Origin: an uncultured virus (IMG/VR IMGVR_UViG_3300035698_022242)
Taxonomy: Duplodnaviria; Heunggongvirae; Uroviricota; Caudoviricetes
Strand: one strand, 5' to 3'
Virus record (IMG/VR): IMGVR_UViG_3300035698_022242
Length of the DNA: 20,000 nt
The notes below the pieces were generated by a model. The model ran no database searches. It saw nothing but the letters and a program-made list of their open reading frames with translations, and was not told the DNA's origin. A program made the translations under genes and the position numbers. Below are positions 1-9,635 of the stretch, piece after piece; position 1 is the first letter of the stretch, and the number at the start of each line of letters is the position of its first letter.

Positions 1-2
1 AC

Positions 3-890
3 AATTTAATTGTATTGTCTACGTATTCACAACTTCTAGAAGGAAATACACATATCGATAAAGTGTATCCTTTGGCTGACCCAGAAGATTTTTTTTCAAA
101 GTACTTATTTGAAAAACCTGTAAGATTTTATAAAAAACATTTTATATATGATCACCTACTCGACGAGTGTGCTGAGGGTGTAACATCCTTACCCGAGTTT
201 GCATGTGCTGCGTATGGGATAGATTACGACGGCGGTCCTCCCGACTACACCGTTTCTGATGAAGAGCATGCCATTGTAAAAACCTTCCTTGGACAGTATG
301 GCCCAGAAAATAACCGCGTGCCCATTGTTTTGCTCCACTGCACAGGGTCGATTCCATCCGATGGACAAATGAATAAAGTGCACACATCAAAGGATTTAAA
401 CATAGAAACTGCCGCCGAGGTTGTTAAGCATTTTGAGGGTAAAATACGATTTATTCAAATAGGGCTTGAAGGTGAAGCGGTTGTTCCAGGCGCGATTGAT
501 GCACTAGGTATGCCTATGCGTGAAGCTATCGCTATGATCCCTCATACAGATAGTTTCTTATTTATTGAGAGTATTTTTGCACATGCGGCAGCTGCATTCA
601 GTGCTCCCGGAGTTATTCTCTACCAAAATACATCTCCAGACTTTTTCAAATATCCGGGGTATTCTGAAGCTATCAAGGTCTATGATAGCGGTAATTGCCC
701 CCACTGGCCCTGTAACCGCCCGCTGGGTGCCTTGATGGACCTCATGCCTGGGTACCATAACCCCAAGACACGTGAACGTCTGCTATGGCGTTGTGATACG
801 AATCTGTGCCGGAATATCAAATCGTCTGAACTTATCAAAGCACTGGAAGCTACTTTAGCTCCCAAATCTGAGAAAAAAGATGACAAGTAA
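3..890 (+). CDS. GT9-like (ADP-heptose:LPS heptosyltransferase fold) glycosyltransferase, 5'-partial
   Basis: Frame is open to the window edge (AAT TTA ATT GTA TTG...). GT9-like pattern: LLEGNTHIDKV, IVLLHCTG, FIQIG, REAIAMI..DSFLFIESIFAHAAAAFSAPGVILY, plus a C-terminal Cys cluster (CPHWPC...C...C). Confidence 0.75.
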   Translation, partial: NLIVLSTYSQLLEGNTHIDKVYPLADPEDFFSKYLFEKPVRFYKKHFIYDHLLDECAEGVTSLPEFACAAYGIDYDGGPPDYTVSDEEHAIVKTFLGQYGPENNRVPIVLLHCTGSIPSDGQMNKVHTSKDLNIETAAEVVKHFEGKIRFIQIGLEGEAVVPGAIDALGMPMREAIAMIPHTDSFLFIESIFAHAAAAFSAPGVILYQNTSPDFFKYPGYSEAIKVYDSGNCPHWPCNRPLGALMDLMPGYHNPKTRERLLWRCDTNLCRNIKSSELIKALEATLAPKSEKKDDK

Positions 891-1908
891 AAAGATTATC
901 GCATTTCGTGGTGACCGTGCTGCTTGTTGGTTTTACCGGCTACATTCACCCCTGACTTATTTGGCGAAGAATAACCAAGATGCGTATGAGATTACCGTAT
1001 CGGGGGTTCTCAATAAGGCGCATTACGAGGGTTTTGACCTGGCGATCCTTCAACGCCAGTATGCGAAAGATGTATACGATGGTGTTCTGAATCTAAAAAA
1101 GAGTGGAACAAAATTAGTTTATGAGATTGATGATGATTTATTTAATATACCTAAATGGAATCCTGCGTACGAAACATTAGGAAAAGCTAATGTACAACTT
1201 GGTATTCGTGAATTTTTAAAAATAGTTGATGCCATTTTTGTAACTACAGAAAGTTTAAAAAAGATTTATGAACCCTTCTGTGATAATATATATGTTCTTC
1301 CCAATTCTATAAACTATGATGTGATCTATCCTAACGCAAAAAAGAATCAAAAGAAAGATGTAGTGTGCTGGCAAGGATCACTCACTCACGAAAAAGATGT
1401 TAAGATAATTGAGAAAAGCTTGCATAAGCTGGCGCAGTCAGATGAAGCAGTTTTAAAAATGTGGTGCGGGTTTAAGCAAAGAAAAACACTCAAAGAAGAC
1501 CGCACCCCTGTGTTTGATATCCCTGGAGCAGATGTTCTGCAGCTTGTTCAATTTGAATCCTTTTTTCAGATGTTCTCGCAAGTTGGGACGTCCATCGGAC
1601 TTGCCCCCCTTGCTGCAAACACATTCAATAAAAGCAAGTCTAATCTTAAGTTCTTAGAGTACACCGCGTTGGATGCCGTGACCGTTGCATCGTCTGTAGG
1701 CCCGTATAAGGATACTATTGAAGACGGGGTTACCGGGATACTTGTAGAGGACAATTCTACTTGGTACGATGTAATTATTGACCTCATTCGCGATAAGGAA
1801 TTGTATAACAAACTACTTACCAACGCGAAAGAAGTTGTACACACGGAGTATAATGTTGAAAGAAATTACAAAATGTGGCAAGATGCCATTGAACAAATCT
1901 TAGGATAG
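880..1908 (+). CDS. GT4-like (GT-B) glycosyltransferase
   Basis: DLAILQRQ, LVYEIDDDLF, VLPNSI, WQGSLTH and IGLAPLAANTFNKSKSNLKFLEY..VASSVGPY..IEDGVTG, a GT-B pattern common in phage GTs. Overlaps the upstream stop. Confidence 0.85.
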   Translation: MTSKKIIAFRGDRAACWFYRLHSPLTYLAKNNQDAYEITVSGVLNKAHYEGFDLAILQRQYAKDVYDGVLNLKKSGTKLVYEIDDDLFNIPKWNPAYETLGKANVQLGIREFLKIVDAIFVTTESLKKIYEPFCDNIYVLPNSINYDVIYPNAKKNQKKDVVCWQGSLTHEKDVKIIEKSLHKLAQSDEAVLKMWCGFKQRKTLKEDRTPVFDIPGADVLQLVQFESFFQMFSQVGTSIGLAPLAANTFNKSKSNLKFLEYTALDAVTVASSVGPYKDTIEDGVTGILVEDNSTWYDVIIDLIRDKELYNKLLTNAKEVVHTEYNVERNYKMWQDAIEQILG

Positions 1909-1916
1909 GAGATACA

Positions 1917-2342
1917 ATGCATGATACTGAATATTTTGTATTAGTAGTTATGACCGGCATGCCCCCATGGGTATGTGTACTGTCCGCTAGTGATTTGGAT
2001 GATTGGAAAGCGGGAGAATCGCGTACGGTGCTTGCTATAAGTCCTCGGTCATTTCAAATGCAGCAGGGCGCTAACCGCACAGTAGAAATGGTGATTGGTC
2101 CAGTGTATCCGATGCTGACAAAGCAGGCGGAGTTATGGTGCACGCCAACCTCTATTGAAGTAATTGGCGAGGTAATTGGCGAAGTGCTTGGTGATAACGA
2201 TTCTAGAAGTTGTGCGGAAGACCCACAATTGTTTAAGAGCTACATGTCAGCAGTGTCTACGTGGTTCAAAGAAGCCAGTGCTGCGCGTGCAGGGATCACG
2301 TTAGCAAAACCTGGGGACATGCCTAACGTACTTGAGCGGTAA
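1917..2342 (+). CDS. Hypothetical protein
   Basis: 141-aa ORF with SD AGGAG at 1907-1911; fits the operon tiling. Confidence 0.75.
   Translation: MHDTEYFVLVVMTGMPPWVCVLSASDLDDWKAGESRTVLAISPRSFQMQQGANRTVEMVIGPVYPMLTKQAELWCTPTSIEVIGEVIGEVLGDNDSRSCAEDPQLFKSYMSAVSTWFKEASAARAGITLAKPGDMPNVLER
2157..2192 (+). repeat. Imperfect 12-bp tandem repeat x3 (EVIG-EVIG-EVLG)
   Basis: GAAGTAATTGGC GAGGTAATTGGC GAAGTGCTTGGT. Confidence 0.8.
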
Positions 2343-2345
2343 ATC

Positions 2346-2720
2346 ATGGCTAAAACTCCAAAAAAAAATAAATCGTATCTTCTCTGTGTGCTAGATAAAA
2401 AATATCATTTGTATGTGTCTAGTAATGCATTTGTTATCAAAGAACGCATGATTAAAAAGAATGAAGAAACTTGGGTAGGAAAATTCTTTTACGCAAGTTT
2501 AGCAGACTCCCTTCGTGGATATGTTCGTCACAAGATGCGGACAAAGGCAACAGCAAAACAAGTGAACGGAGATGTTAAAGAACTTATTAAGCTCGTGGAT
2601 AATCTTCATAAATATCTGCAGAAATTTGGTAGTGAATTTGAACATGATTTGATGGAACGTTTGAAGGATCCTGTAGAAATGCATTTGCTTAATAATACTC
2701 TGGAGACTACCGATGCGTAG
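2346..2720 (+). CDS. Hypothetical phage protein (weak resemblance to DUF5405-type proteins)
   Basis: 124-aa ORF starting 3 nt after the previous stop. KYHLYVSSNAFVIKE...W...FYASLADSL recalls small phage proteins; the family call is tentative. Confidence 0.7.
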   Translation: MAKTPKKNKSYLLCVLDKKYHLYVSSNAFVIKERMIKKNEETWVGKFFYASLADSLRGYVRHKMRTKATAKQVNGDVKELIKLVDNLHKYLQKFGSEFEHDLMERLKDPVEMHLLNNTLETTDA

Positions 2721-3342
2721 TACGACGCGTATGGACTACACACTCCGAATAAGTAAGGAGTACGTTGTTGGATTGGTGAATTCGTTATTGTTTTCAAATA
2801 CTATCTTATGGGATGGAACAAACCAATTTAATGAACTTCCAATTTTTAGTAGCGACATTACTGAAGATGATAGACGAGAACAACGTGGTGCATTTTTTGT
2901 AGACAATCATTATGGTCGTGTACTTCGATTATTGGCTACCTTAGAAGAAGAAAACCTTCGAGGGAATAGTACATGTCGTGTGTGCTATAGATTGTCTAGC
3001 ATCCAAGAAAAAATGCGTATTGGATCTGCAAACCGTATATACTATCCTTTTACAATTCCTCTTGATTTTTCTGTATCAGATTTACGGTTAGGTGTGCGCA
3101 CTCCCTTTTTATCTTTTTCAGATAATACAGAGAAGGATAATGAAGTCAACTTATCTAAATTAATGGCGCTTATTGGGCATCTCGTTGCTAGTAAATTTAT
3201 TGTTGTAGACGATGAAAATCTCTTTTCTGATCTTCTTACAAGTCAACTGAGTACGCCTCCTATGGCTTCTGATCCACATTTCAACTTAATTTATGGGGTT
3301 GCACCCCCTGGTGATCAGGAGTGTTTAAGCGATGACTATTAA
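2713..3342 (+). CDS. Hypothetical protein
   Basis: 209-aa ORF overlapping both neighbours; no motif recognised. Confidence 0.7.
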   Translation: MRSTTRMDYTLRISKEYVVGLVNSLLFSNTILWDGTNQFNELPIFSSDITEDDRREQRGAFFVDNHYGRVLRLLATLEEENLRGNSTCRVCYRLSSIQEKMRIGSANRIYYPFTIPLDFSVSDLRLGVRTPFLSFSDNTEKDNEVNLSKLMALIGHLVASKFIVVDDENLFSDLLTSQLSTPPMASDPHFNLIYGVAPPGDQECLSDDY

Positions 3343-3901
3343 GGGTATGACATACGTAGGCATAGACCCGAGTTTAACAGGCACAGGGATTTGTGTATTT
3401 AATAGCGGTAGCGGTAACGATGATGAAATGCCTGTGTGTACAATTAAAACAGAAAAGAAAAACTTTGAGAATTCATTACAACGTTATTTATACATTGTAA
3501 ACACTGCGATTGCGTTTATTAAATCTGCTGCTATTTTTCCTCCCACTATTTTTATCGAGGGCTATTCATTTGGTTCTCGCGGTGCTGCAGTTTTTTCTTT
3601 AGCTGAATTTGGTGGACTTCTACGTTATAAAATTGCAAAAAGATTTAATGAGTACTATGAGATTCCACCTACAGTTCTTAAAAAATTTATTACAGGGAAA
3701 GGTAACTCCAATAAGAATGTTATGCTTGAGCAGACGTTTAGAAAATATGGAATAGGATCAGAAATACTTACGGATGATAATCAGGTTGATGCATTCAGCA
3801 TAGCACAGTTTGCTAAAACGATGCGTGAGGGGGCATTACCAAAAATTTTTATTGGTAAATATTCAAAAACAATTTGGAATGATGCGTCGTGCATGGAGTA
3901 G
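3332..3901 (+). CDS. ruvC: Phage-type RuvC-like Holliday junction resolvase
   Basis: RNase H-fold acidic motifs: YVGIDPSLTGTG, IFIEGYSFGS, LAEFGGLLR, IPPTVLKKFITGKGNSNK, DDNQVDA. Confidence 0.9.
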   Translation: MTIKGMTYVGIDPSLTGTGICVFNSGSGNDDEMPVCTIKTEKKNFENSLQRYLYIVNTAIAFIKSAAIFPPTIFIEGYSFGSRGAAVFSLAEFGGLLRYKIAKRFNEYYEIPPTVLKKFITGKGNSNKNVMLEQTFRKYGIGSEILTDDNQVDAFSIAQFAKTMREGALPKIFIGKYSKTIWNDASCME

Positions 3902-4515
3902 TAGACATAATTGTTATTGGTTTTGGTTTAGATAAGATAGAGATAGATTGTCTTAAATCAATTATAAAAAATACAGCACATCCTTATGTTCTTACGTACT
4001 ACGACAATAAAAAAAATAAATACACACTTACAGAACTTTGGAATATGTTTATCGCAAAAAGTTCTTGTGAGTATATTTGTTTATTAAATAATGATACAGA
4101 AGTATCCCCCTATTGGCTAACTAAGTTAATCGAAACATTCTCAATACGTGAACATTGTGGGTTTGTTGGACCATCTACAGATAATTGCCACAGCCCACAA
4201 TCTACTGTGCAAACCTTCGAAGAAGCTGAAAAACATAAGAATGTTGTACGTGTATTAGAGGATCCGATTAGTGGTTTTTGTGTTGCATTTAAAAGGGAAT
4301 TATTTGAAAAGCTTGGTGGATTTGACTGCAGGTATAAACACTACGGACAAGAATCTGATTTAATAAATAGGGGGCAAAGACAAGGGTATGAGGCTTGTTG
4401 GCGGGTAGACGCATTCGTACACCACATTGGTGAGGCAAGTGTTGGACCCGCGAAGATAGACGTAGAAGCAGCACGGAAAGAAGCACGAGCTATTTATTGG
4501 TCATCAAGGAAGTGA
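3889..4515 (+). CDS. GT2 family glycosyltransferase
   Basis: YICLLNNDTEV (DxD-like), VGPST, ISGFC, LGGFD..YGQESD, FVHHIG. Confidence 0.88.
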   Translation: MHGVVDIIVIGFGLDKIEIDCLKSIIKNTAHPYVLTYYDNKKNKYTLTELWNMFIAKSSCEYICLLNNDTEVSPYWLTKLIETFSIREHCGFVGPSTDNCHSPQSTVQTFEEAEKHKNVVRVLEDPISGFCVAFKRELFEKLGGFDCRYKHYGQESDLINRGQRQGYEACWRVDAFVHHIGEASVGPAKIDVEAARKEARAIYWSSRK

Positions 4516-4519
4516 CATC

Positions 4520-5500
4520 ATGCGTGTTCTATTCTTTTGTCCGCATACGCGGATTTCAGGCGGTGTAAAAGTAACATTCACAGTTGCAAACCATTTGGCT
4601 AAATGTGGTGTAGATGTTAATTTAGCTAGCTTAAAGAATTTTGAAAGACCTAATGACTGGTTTATTGATAAAATCCATTTTAATATAATTGATGGTAAGA
4701 GAATACCTTTAGGTGCGCTAAGTACTTATGATGCCTGCGTTACCTTTTGTGACGGTCCCAGTTTATCTGGGGCATCGTGTAAAAAAATATTATATCTGCA
4801 GGGGTTTGCTGGAACTAAAGTAGAAAAACAACGTATTTCTGAAAAATATGATCTTGTTGTAGCTACATCTAAATGGTTGGTAAAACTGGCTAAACAACAT
4901 AATGAAAATGTTATACTTATACCTCCCGGTATTGATAGCATTTTTGCTAGAAAAGAAGCGCCACTGTGCTCCAGATACCAAGCGATAGGGACGATACACC
5001 ACGCATCAAAAGATAAATGTTTTGATAATTTTACAGACATTATTACGCGATATTTTGTAAAGCGTAGAAAACCAGTGCACTGTGTTATTGTAACCGCACA
5101 ACCTTTAGCTAGTGTCCCAGCATTAGATAAGTACATGATTCCGTACTCTATTTACTATAAACCACCTCAAAGGTTATTACCATATATTTATTCCATGTGC
5201 AACGTGTGGGTATCTACGTCAATCAATGAGGGATTTGGACTGCCTCCGCTAGAGGCTATGGCATGTGGTTGTCCTGTAGTTATGTGTAAAAATCGTGGAT
5301 TAGATAAGATTGTACAGCATAAAGCAAATGCATTAGTATACACGGGAAATACCGATGCTGCTGAATATATTAATACATTACTTTATTTCAAACAATGTGT
5401 AAAGAAGTTAAGAAAAGTTGGGTATAATACAGCTAGTAAATTTTTATGGAAAGATTCATTAGACGCATTTTTTTATAATTTACACAAGGTGTGTACATGA
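4520..5500 (+). CDS. GT4 family glycosyltransferase
   Basis: N-terminal ISGGVKV..ANHL, IPPGID, and the EX7E motif STSINEGFGLPPLEAMACGCPVV. Confidence 0.9.
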   Translation: MRVLFFCPHTRISGGVKVTFTVANHLAKCGVDVNLASLKNFERPNDWFIDKIHFNIIDGKRIPLGALSTYDACVTFCDGPSLSGASCKKILYLQGFAGTKVEKQRISEKYDLVVATSKWLVKLAKQHNENVILIPPGIDSIFARKEAPLCSRYQAIGTIHHASKDKCFDNFTDIITRYFVKRRKPVHCVIVTAQPLASVPALDKYMIPYSIYYKPPQRLLPYIYSMCNVWVSTSINEGFGLPPLEAMACGCPVVMCKNRGLDKIVQHKANALVYTGNTDAAEYINTLLYFKQCVKKLRKVGYNTASKFLWKDSLDAFFYNLHKVCT

Positions 5501-6435
5501 CATATCTTTTTATCGAGCCTGGGTTACACATCTGTGGAGGCATACGGCGTATCGTAGAAATTGCCACAAGACTGCGTAATTTAGGGCATATCGTGTATGT
5601 AGCGTCCCCTAAAGGACGTGCGTGTACATGGTTAGACTCTAACTTCATCCCTATAAAATTAGCTAATATAAAAGAATTCAGTAAAAAACATAAAATAGAT
5701 ATCTGTATATTTAATTTAGCAGATCAATATACTGAAGCAAAAGCTGTTACTGCGGCAATTAAGATCTTTTGGGTACTCGCTCCTGAAGCGATGTATAAGA
5801 ACCCGGAAATACCTATTAAAGCATTAAATTGTGGCTTTAATCTATTATCCAATTCTTCATTTACAGTATCCTATATTAAAAAATATGCAAGAAATTATAA
5901 AGATAATATTACTATTATTCCAGGTGGCATAAATAAAACACATTTTAAATATGATTCTATTATTCCAAAAATTTATCATGTAATGTATTATGGATCTTCA
6001 CGCCCATGGAAAGGTGCACAAATTATTGAACGCGCACTAACTCCTTTACAATTGAGGCTCCATAAAATGAACACAGGAAATATGCTACAAACGCAGATGT
6101 ATAAATTGTACGCGTCAGCCACGTGCTATGTATCTGCGGGCCAGATTGAAGGATTTAATTTCCCAATACTTGAAGCTATGGCGTGTGGTTGCCCTGTTGT
6201 TTGTACGTCAGACGGTGGGAGTGCGGATTTTGTGAAAGATGGAATAAATGCAATTGTTGTAAATCGTACTGTGGAAGGGATTTCTAAGGGTGTTCGGAGA
6301 ATACTTGGTGATAAAGATTTGCGTAGAAAACTAAAACAAGGTGGATTAGAAACTGCATCAGCTAAGAAGTATAATTGGGATGTAGTAACTAAGCAATTCA
6401 GCGATTATGCAGAGAACCTTTTATATAGAGAATAA
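5497..6435 (+). CDS. GT4 family glycosyltransferase (paralog of 4520-5500)
   Basis: CGGIRRIVEIA, IPGGIN, RPWKG, EGFNFPILEAMACGCPVV. The ATG at 5497 overlaps the upstream TGA (ATGA); the alternative start is GTG at 5491. Confidence 0.9.
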   Translation: MTYLFIEPGLHICGGIRRIVEIATRLRNLGHIVYVASPKGRACTWLDSNFIPIKLANIKEFSKKHKIDICIFNLADQYTEAKAVTAAIKIFWVLAPEAMYKNPEIPIKALNCGFNLLSNSSFTVSYIKKYARNYKDNITIIPGGINKTHFKYDSIIPKIYHVMYYGSSRPWKGAQIIERALTPLQLRLHKMNTGNMLQTQMYKLYASATCYVSAGQIEGFNFPILEAMACGCPVVCTSDGGSADFVKDGINAIVVNRTVEGISKGVRRILGDKDLRRKLKQGGLETASAKKYNWDVVTKQFSDYAENLLYRE

Positions 6436-6472
6436 AAAAAAATACACTTAACTTTTTTTAGAGGTATACACA

Positions 6473-7216
6473 TTGTTAGATCTAACTGTTATAATAGCTT
6501 GTAAAAATAGGAAAGAAAATCTCGATTATTGCTTGAGGTCTATCTCTGGTGGATCTATACTTCCAAAGGTGTACATTGTGGATTTTGGAAATAAAACACC
6601 AATAAAGACACCGTATAAGTGGGTAAAGGTTATCAGAGTTACCAATAACACTGAGAAGTTTCATAAGGCGCGGGCTGTAAATATTGGTTTAAAACAGGTG
6701 AAAACGAAATATGCATGTGTTACAGACGCAGATCAAATTTTTAGCAAAAACTTTTTTAGTACAGTAGTGAGGGCACTGGAGGAAAACTCTAAAAGGTTTA
6801 TAATGTGCAAAACATATGCTTTGCAAGGTATCCCTAAGACAGTACAACCAGAAAGTGTTTTTGAAAAATACGGGGTACTTTTAAAGTTGGCAAAGAAAAC
6901 TAGGGATGCCTATGGTGACGGGTGCTGCCATGCAACGCTAGCGTCTTGGTTTAGGAGGACGGGTGGGTATGAAGAATCTTTTTTGGGGTGGGGGTATGAA
7001 GATAGTGATATGGCTTGGAGAGCGCGAAAGCTTGGTTTGACTTTATATAGTATAAACAGACATGTCTCTATGATTCATTTGCCACATCCGATAGAAACAC
7101 AAGTCGGGGGATATAGGCACAAGCATGTTGAGAGGACTAATAAGGTACGCTATGCAAAGAGAAGACAAAGGGGCATTTTAGTTGGAAATGTGGGTAGAAA
7201 GTGGGGGATACTTTGA
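6473..7216 (+). CDS. GT2/GT7-like (galactosyltransferase-type) glycosyltransferase
   Basis: TTG start with SD GAGGT at 6461-6465. Motifs IVDFG, FHKARAVNIG, TDAD (DxD) and GGYEESFLGWGYEDSD (GT7 C-terminal WGxED). Confidence 0.88.
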   Translation: MLDLTVIIACKNRKENLDYCLRSISGGSILPKVYIVDFGNKTPIKTPYKWVKVIRVTNNTEKFHKARAVNIGLKQVKTKYACVTDADQIFSKNFFSTVVRALEENSKRFIMCKTYALQGIPKTVQPESVFEKYGVLLKLAKKTRDAYGDGCCHATLASWFRRTGGYEESFLGWGYEDSDMAWRARKLGLTLYSINRHVSMIHLPHPIETQVGGYRHKHVERTNKVRYAKRRQRGILVGNVGRKWGIL

Positions 7217-7512
7217 AAATATTTGTTGATATAGATGGAACTATTTGTCGTACAAAGGATGCAAATTATTCGGAAGCGGTACCCATCCATGCAAGTATAC
7301 AAAAGATAAATAAGCTTTATGACTTAGGGCACGAAATTATTTTTTGGACTGCTCGTGGGTCTGCAAACAAAGAAGAGTCTACTGAAATCCTAAATATAAC
7401 TAACAAGCAGCTACAGGAGTGGGGTTGCAGGTATACACAATTATCAGTGGGTGAAAAGCCCGTGTATGACCTACTGATATGTGATAAATCTGTCAGGATC
7501 GATGAGTTATGA
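7213..7512 (+). CDS. Small cap-less HAD-superfamily phosphatase
   Basis: IFVDIDGTIC (motif I), FWTARG (motif II), KP.YDLLICDKS (motifs III/IV). The TTG at 7213 overlaps the upstream TGA; the ORF track uses GTG at 7201. Confidence 0.85.
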   Translation: MKIFVDIDGTICRTKDANYSEAVPIHASIQKINKLYDLGHEIIFWTARGSANKEESTEILNITNKQLQEWGCRYTQLSVGEKPVYDLLICDKSVRIDEL

Positions 7513-8165
7513 AATCTGTAGCTAAATTGGCTGGTAGGCATAAGAATAAGGACATCTACGTTATAGGTGCGGGACCTTCTTGTAATTTTCTTAGTAGATC
7601 TTTTTTCAATGGCAAAATAGTAGTTGGTGTTAATCAGACATATAAGAAGTTTCCATGTAACTATGTAGTTCGCAAAGAGCATAGCGATGTGGTGAAAACT
7701 CTAAAGATGGCTCCAAAGTCTTTTGTTATTGTTTCAAAACTGAATTATGGATCTGCGAAGTCTAAGATAGCTGGTATAACCCATAATAATTTGCATATTT
7801 TTAATCATCTACTAAATAAGGGAGCTATAAATACAGCTTCATTTGGAAAGCCTGGGTTTTTAGTAGTGAGTAACTCTACCATTACATCAGCTATCCATTT
7901 TGCATACGTCTTAGGAGCAGCTAACATTATTTTAGTTGGTGCCGACCACGGGACACTAGATGACAAATTTGTGTATGATGGCTATTATGAAGATATAAAG
8001 CAAACACCTTGGAAGAATTGGGAACAATATGTAGGATGGTTAAAAATTCTCAGTAAGGATACCGAGAGTATCAGCGCTAAAATACGTGAAAAGGGTGTTA
8101 ATGTTGTTAGCTTAAACCCATTTATAAACTTTGGGTTAGAAGGGCACATATACAAGTATGGGTAA
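7509..8165 (+). CDS. Maf/DUF115 (MptE-like) domain protein, putative CMP-nonulosonate transferase
   Basis: IYVIGAGPS, IVVGVN, NSTITSAIHFAYVLGAANIILVGADH, the pattern shared by Maf/DUF115 and CstII-like sialyltransferase folds. Lies directly upstream of neuA and neuB. Confidence 0.7.
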   Translation: MKSVAKLAGRHKNKDIYVIGAGPSCNFLSRSFFNGKIVVGVNQTYKKFPCNYVVRKEHSDVVKTLKMAPKSFVIVSKLNYGSAKSKIAGITHNNLHIFNHLLNKGAINTASFGKPGFLVVSNSTITSAIHFAYVLGAANIILVGADHGTLDDKFVYDGYYEDIKQTPWKNWEQYVGWLKILSKDTESISAKIREKGVNVVSLNPFINFGLEGHIYKYG

Positions 8166-8793
8166 TTATACTATAGTCGTGCCAGCGCGTAGCGGTTCAA
8201 AGGGTGTACCCCATAAGAACAGGATGCTCATTCAGAGTACTCTTAACATAGTTTCGGAGTCTATGCGTACGCACACTATAATTACCACTGATGACGAGGT
8301 TATCATTGAAGCATATCAAGGTAATCATATAGTTCATAGGCGAAGCATTGCGACTAGTTCTGATACAGCCTCTATGAAGTCTGTGATGTTAGAGGTGGTT
8401 AACGCCGGACTTTTGGGAGCAGAAAATATTATCGTATTATATCCAACGTATCCTACAAGGACATGGGAAGATGTTTTGGATGCCATTAATTTTTTTGAAC
8501 GATCTGCTGCGAAATCATTACTATGTAGGATACCGTATATTGGTCAAAGCCCTTACCTTTTAATGCATCCTGTTGGAGAGTATTGTGGGAGACAGGTTAT
8601 AGATCACGACTTGTATAGAAGGCAGGATTATTTACCTGTGTTTGAGCTTTCTCATTGCGTTTGCATTTTTTCTGCGTCTATTCTTCATGAGTTAAATCAA
8701 AATTTGTACAACAGAGATACTGTGTTTATGGACATGTGCAAGAAAGTGGACGTAGACACAGAACAGGATATAAGCACATGGAAACAAAACTGA
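8158..8793 (+). CDS. neuA: Acylneuraminate (CMP-nonulosonate) cytidylyltransferase
   Basis: IVVPARSGSKGVPHKN, ITTDD, HRR...SSDTAS, LYPTYPTR, RRQD, VDVDTEQD. Confidence 0.92.
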   Translation: MGNYTIVVPARSGSKGVPHKNRMLIQSTLNIVSESMRTHTIITTDDEVIIEAYQGNHIVHRRSIATSSDTASMKSVMLEVVNAGLLGAENIIVLYPTYPTRTWEDVLDAINFFERSAAKSLLCRIPYIGQSPYLLMHPVGEYCGRQVIDHDLYRRQDYLPVFELSHCVCIFSASILHELNQNLYNRDTVFMDMCKKVDVDTEQDISTWKQN

Positions 8794-9632
8794 TAGGTGA
8801 AATAGGTATAAACTATGCTTTTGGTGATGACAAGCAGAATTTTGTCGGTAATGCAAAAAAGTTAATTTTTATAGCGTCAATAGCTGGGTGGGGGTACGTG
8901 AAACTCCAAACGAGGACACCAGATGTTTGTGTACCAGAAAGTGAGAAAGGGTTGCCAAAGCAAGTACCCTGGTCTTCACAGCCAACAACTTATTTGGGGT
9001 ATAAAAAAGATGTGGAATTTTCTAAGGATGCCTATGTAGAGCTTCGTGAATATGCTGCATCATTAGGTTTAACTCTTTTTTCATCTGTTTGGGATATTCA
9101 GGCAGTTGATTTTCTTCGTGATATTTCTGCTAATAAGATTTTGAAGATTCCTTCGGCTCTATTAACTAACACCTCTTTACTAAGGTATGCTAGGAAAAAC
9201 TGTGAGCTACTCATACTCTCTACTGGAATGAGTACGGAGGATGAGATTGAGATAGCTGTAAGGGAGGGGGAGCCCGATGTGTTGATGCACACAGTGTCTG
9301 CATACCCAGCTATCGTTGAAGACCTGAATTTGCAGTACATAACGTGGTTAAAACAGAAGTATGGACATAAATGTTGTATTGGGTATTCAGGGCACGAGTT
9401 TGGGCTAACTATGTCTATTGTCGCTGCGGTACTAGGCGCTGAATGGGTAGAGCGCCATATTACATTAGATAGAACCCTTTGGGGGTCAGACCAGTTAGCT
9501 AGTGTGGAACCGGTCGGTATGATAAAGCTAAAAAAGTCGTTGGATGATGTGCAAAAGGCTTTTGTTAATTTTCCCGGTCCACGGAAGGTACATCTTTCAG
9601 AAATGGAAAAAGTAAAATCTCTACGTGGGTAA
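8778..9632 (+). CDS. neuB: N-acetylneuraminate/nonulosonate synthase family protein lacking the C-terminal SAF/antifreeze-like domain
   Basis: GEIGIN, VKLQ, SVWD, KIPSA, ILSTGMST, MHTVSAYP, IGYSGHE, VERHITLDRTLWGSDQLASVEP. Likely start is the ATG at 8778 (METKLIGEIG). Confidence 0.93.
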   Translation: METKLIGEIGINYAFGDDKQNFVGNAKKLIFIASIAGWGYVKLQTRTPDVCVPESEKGLPKQVPWSSQPTTYLGYKKDVEFSKDAYVELREYAASLGLTLFSSVWDIQAVDFLRDISANKILKIPSALLTNTSLLRYARKNCELLILSTGMSTEDEIEIAVREGEPDVLMHTVSAYPAIVEDLNLQYITWLKQKYGHKCCIGYSGHEFGLTMSIVAAVLGAEWVERHITLDRTLWGSDQLASVEPVGMIKLKKSLDDVQKAFVNFPGPRKVHLSEMEKVKSLRG

Positions 9633-9635
9633 CTA

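Noticed and set aside
6436..6460. Intrinsic terminator (A-run ... T-run)
   Set aside because: There is no GC-rich stem, only A/T pairing, so it cannot be supported.
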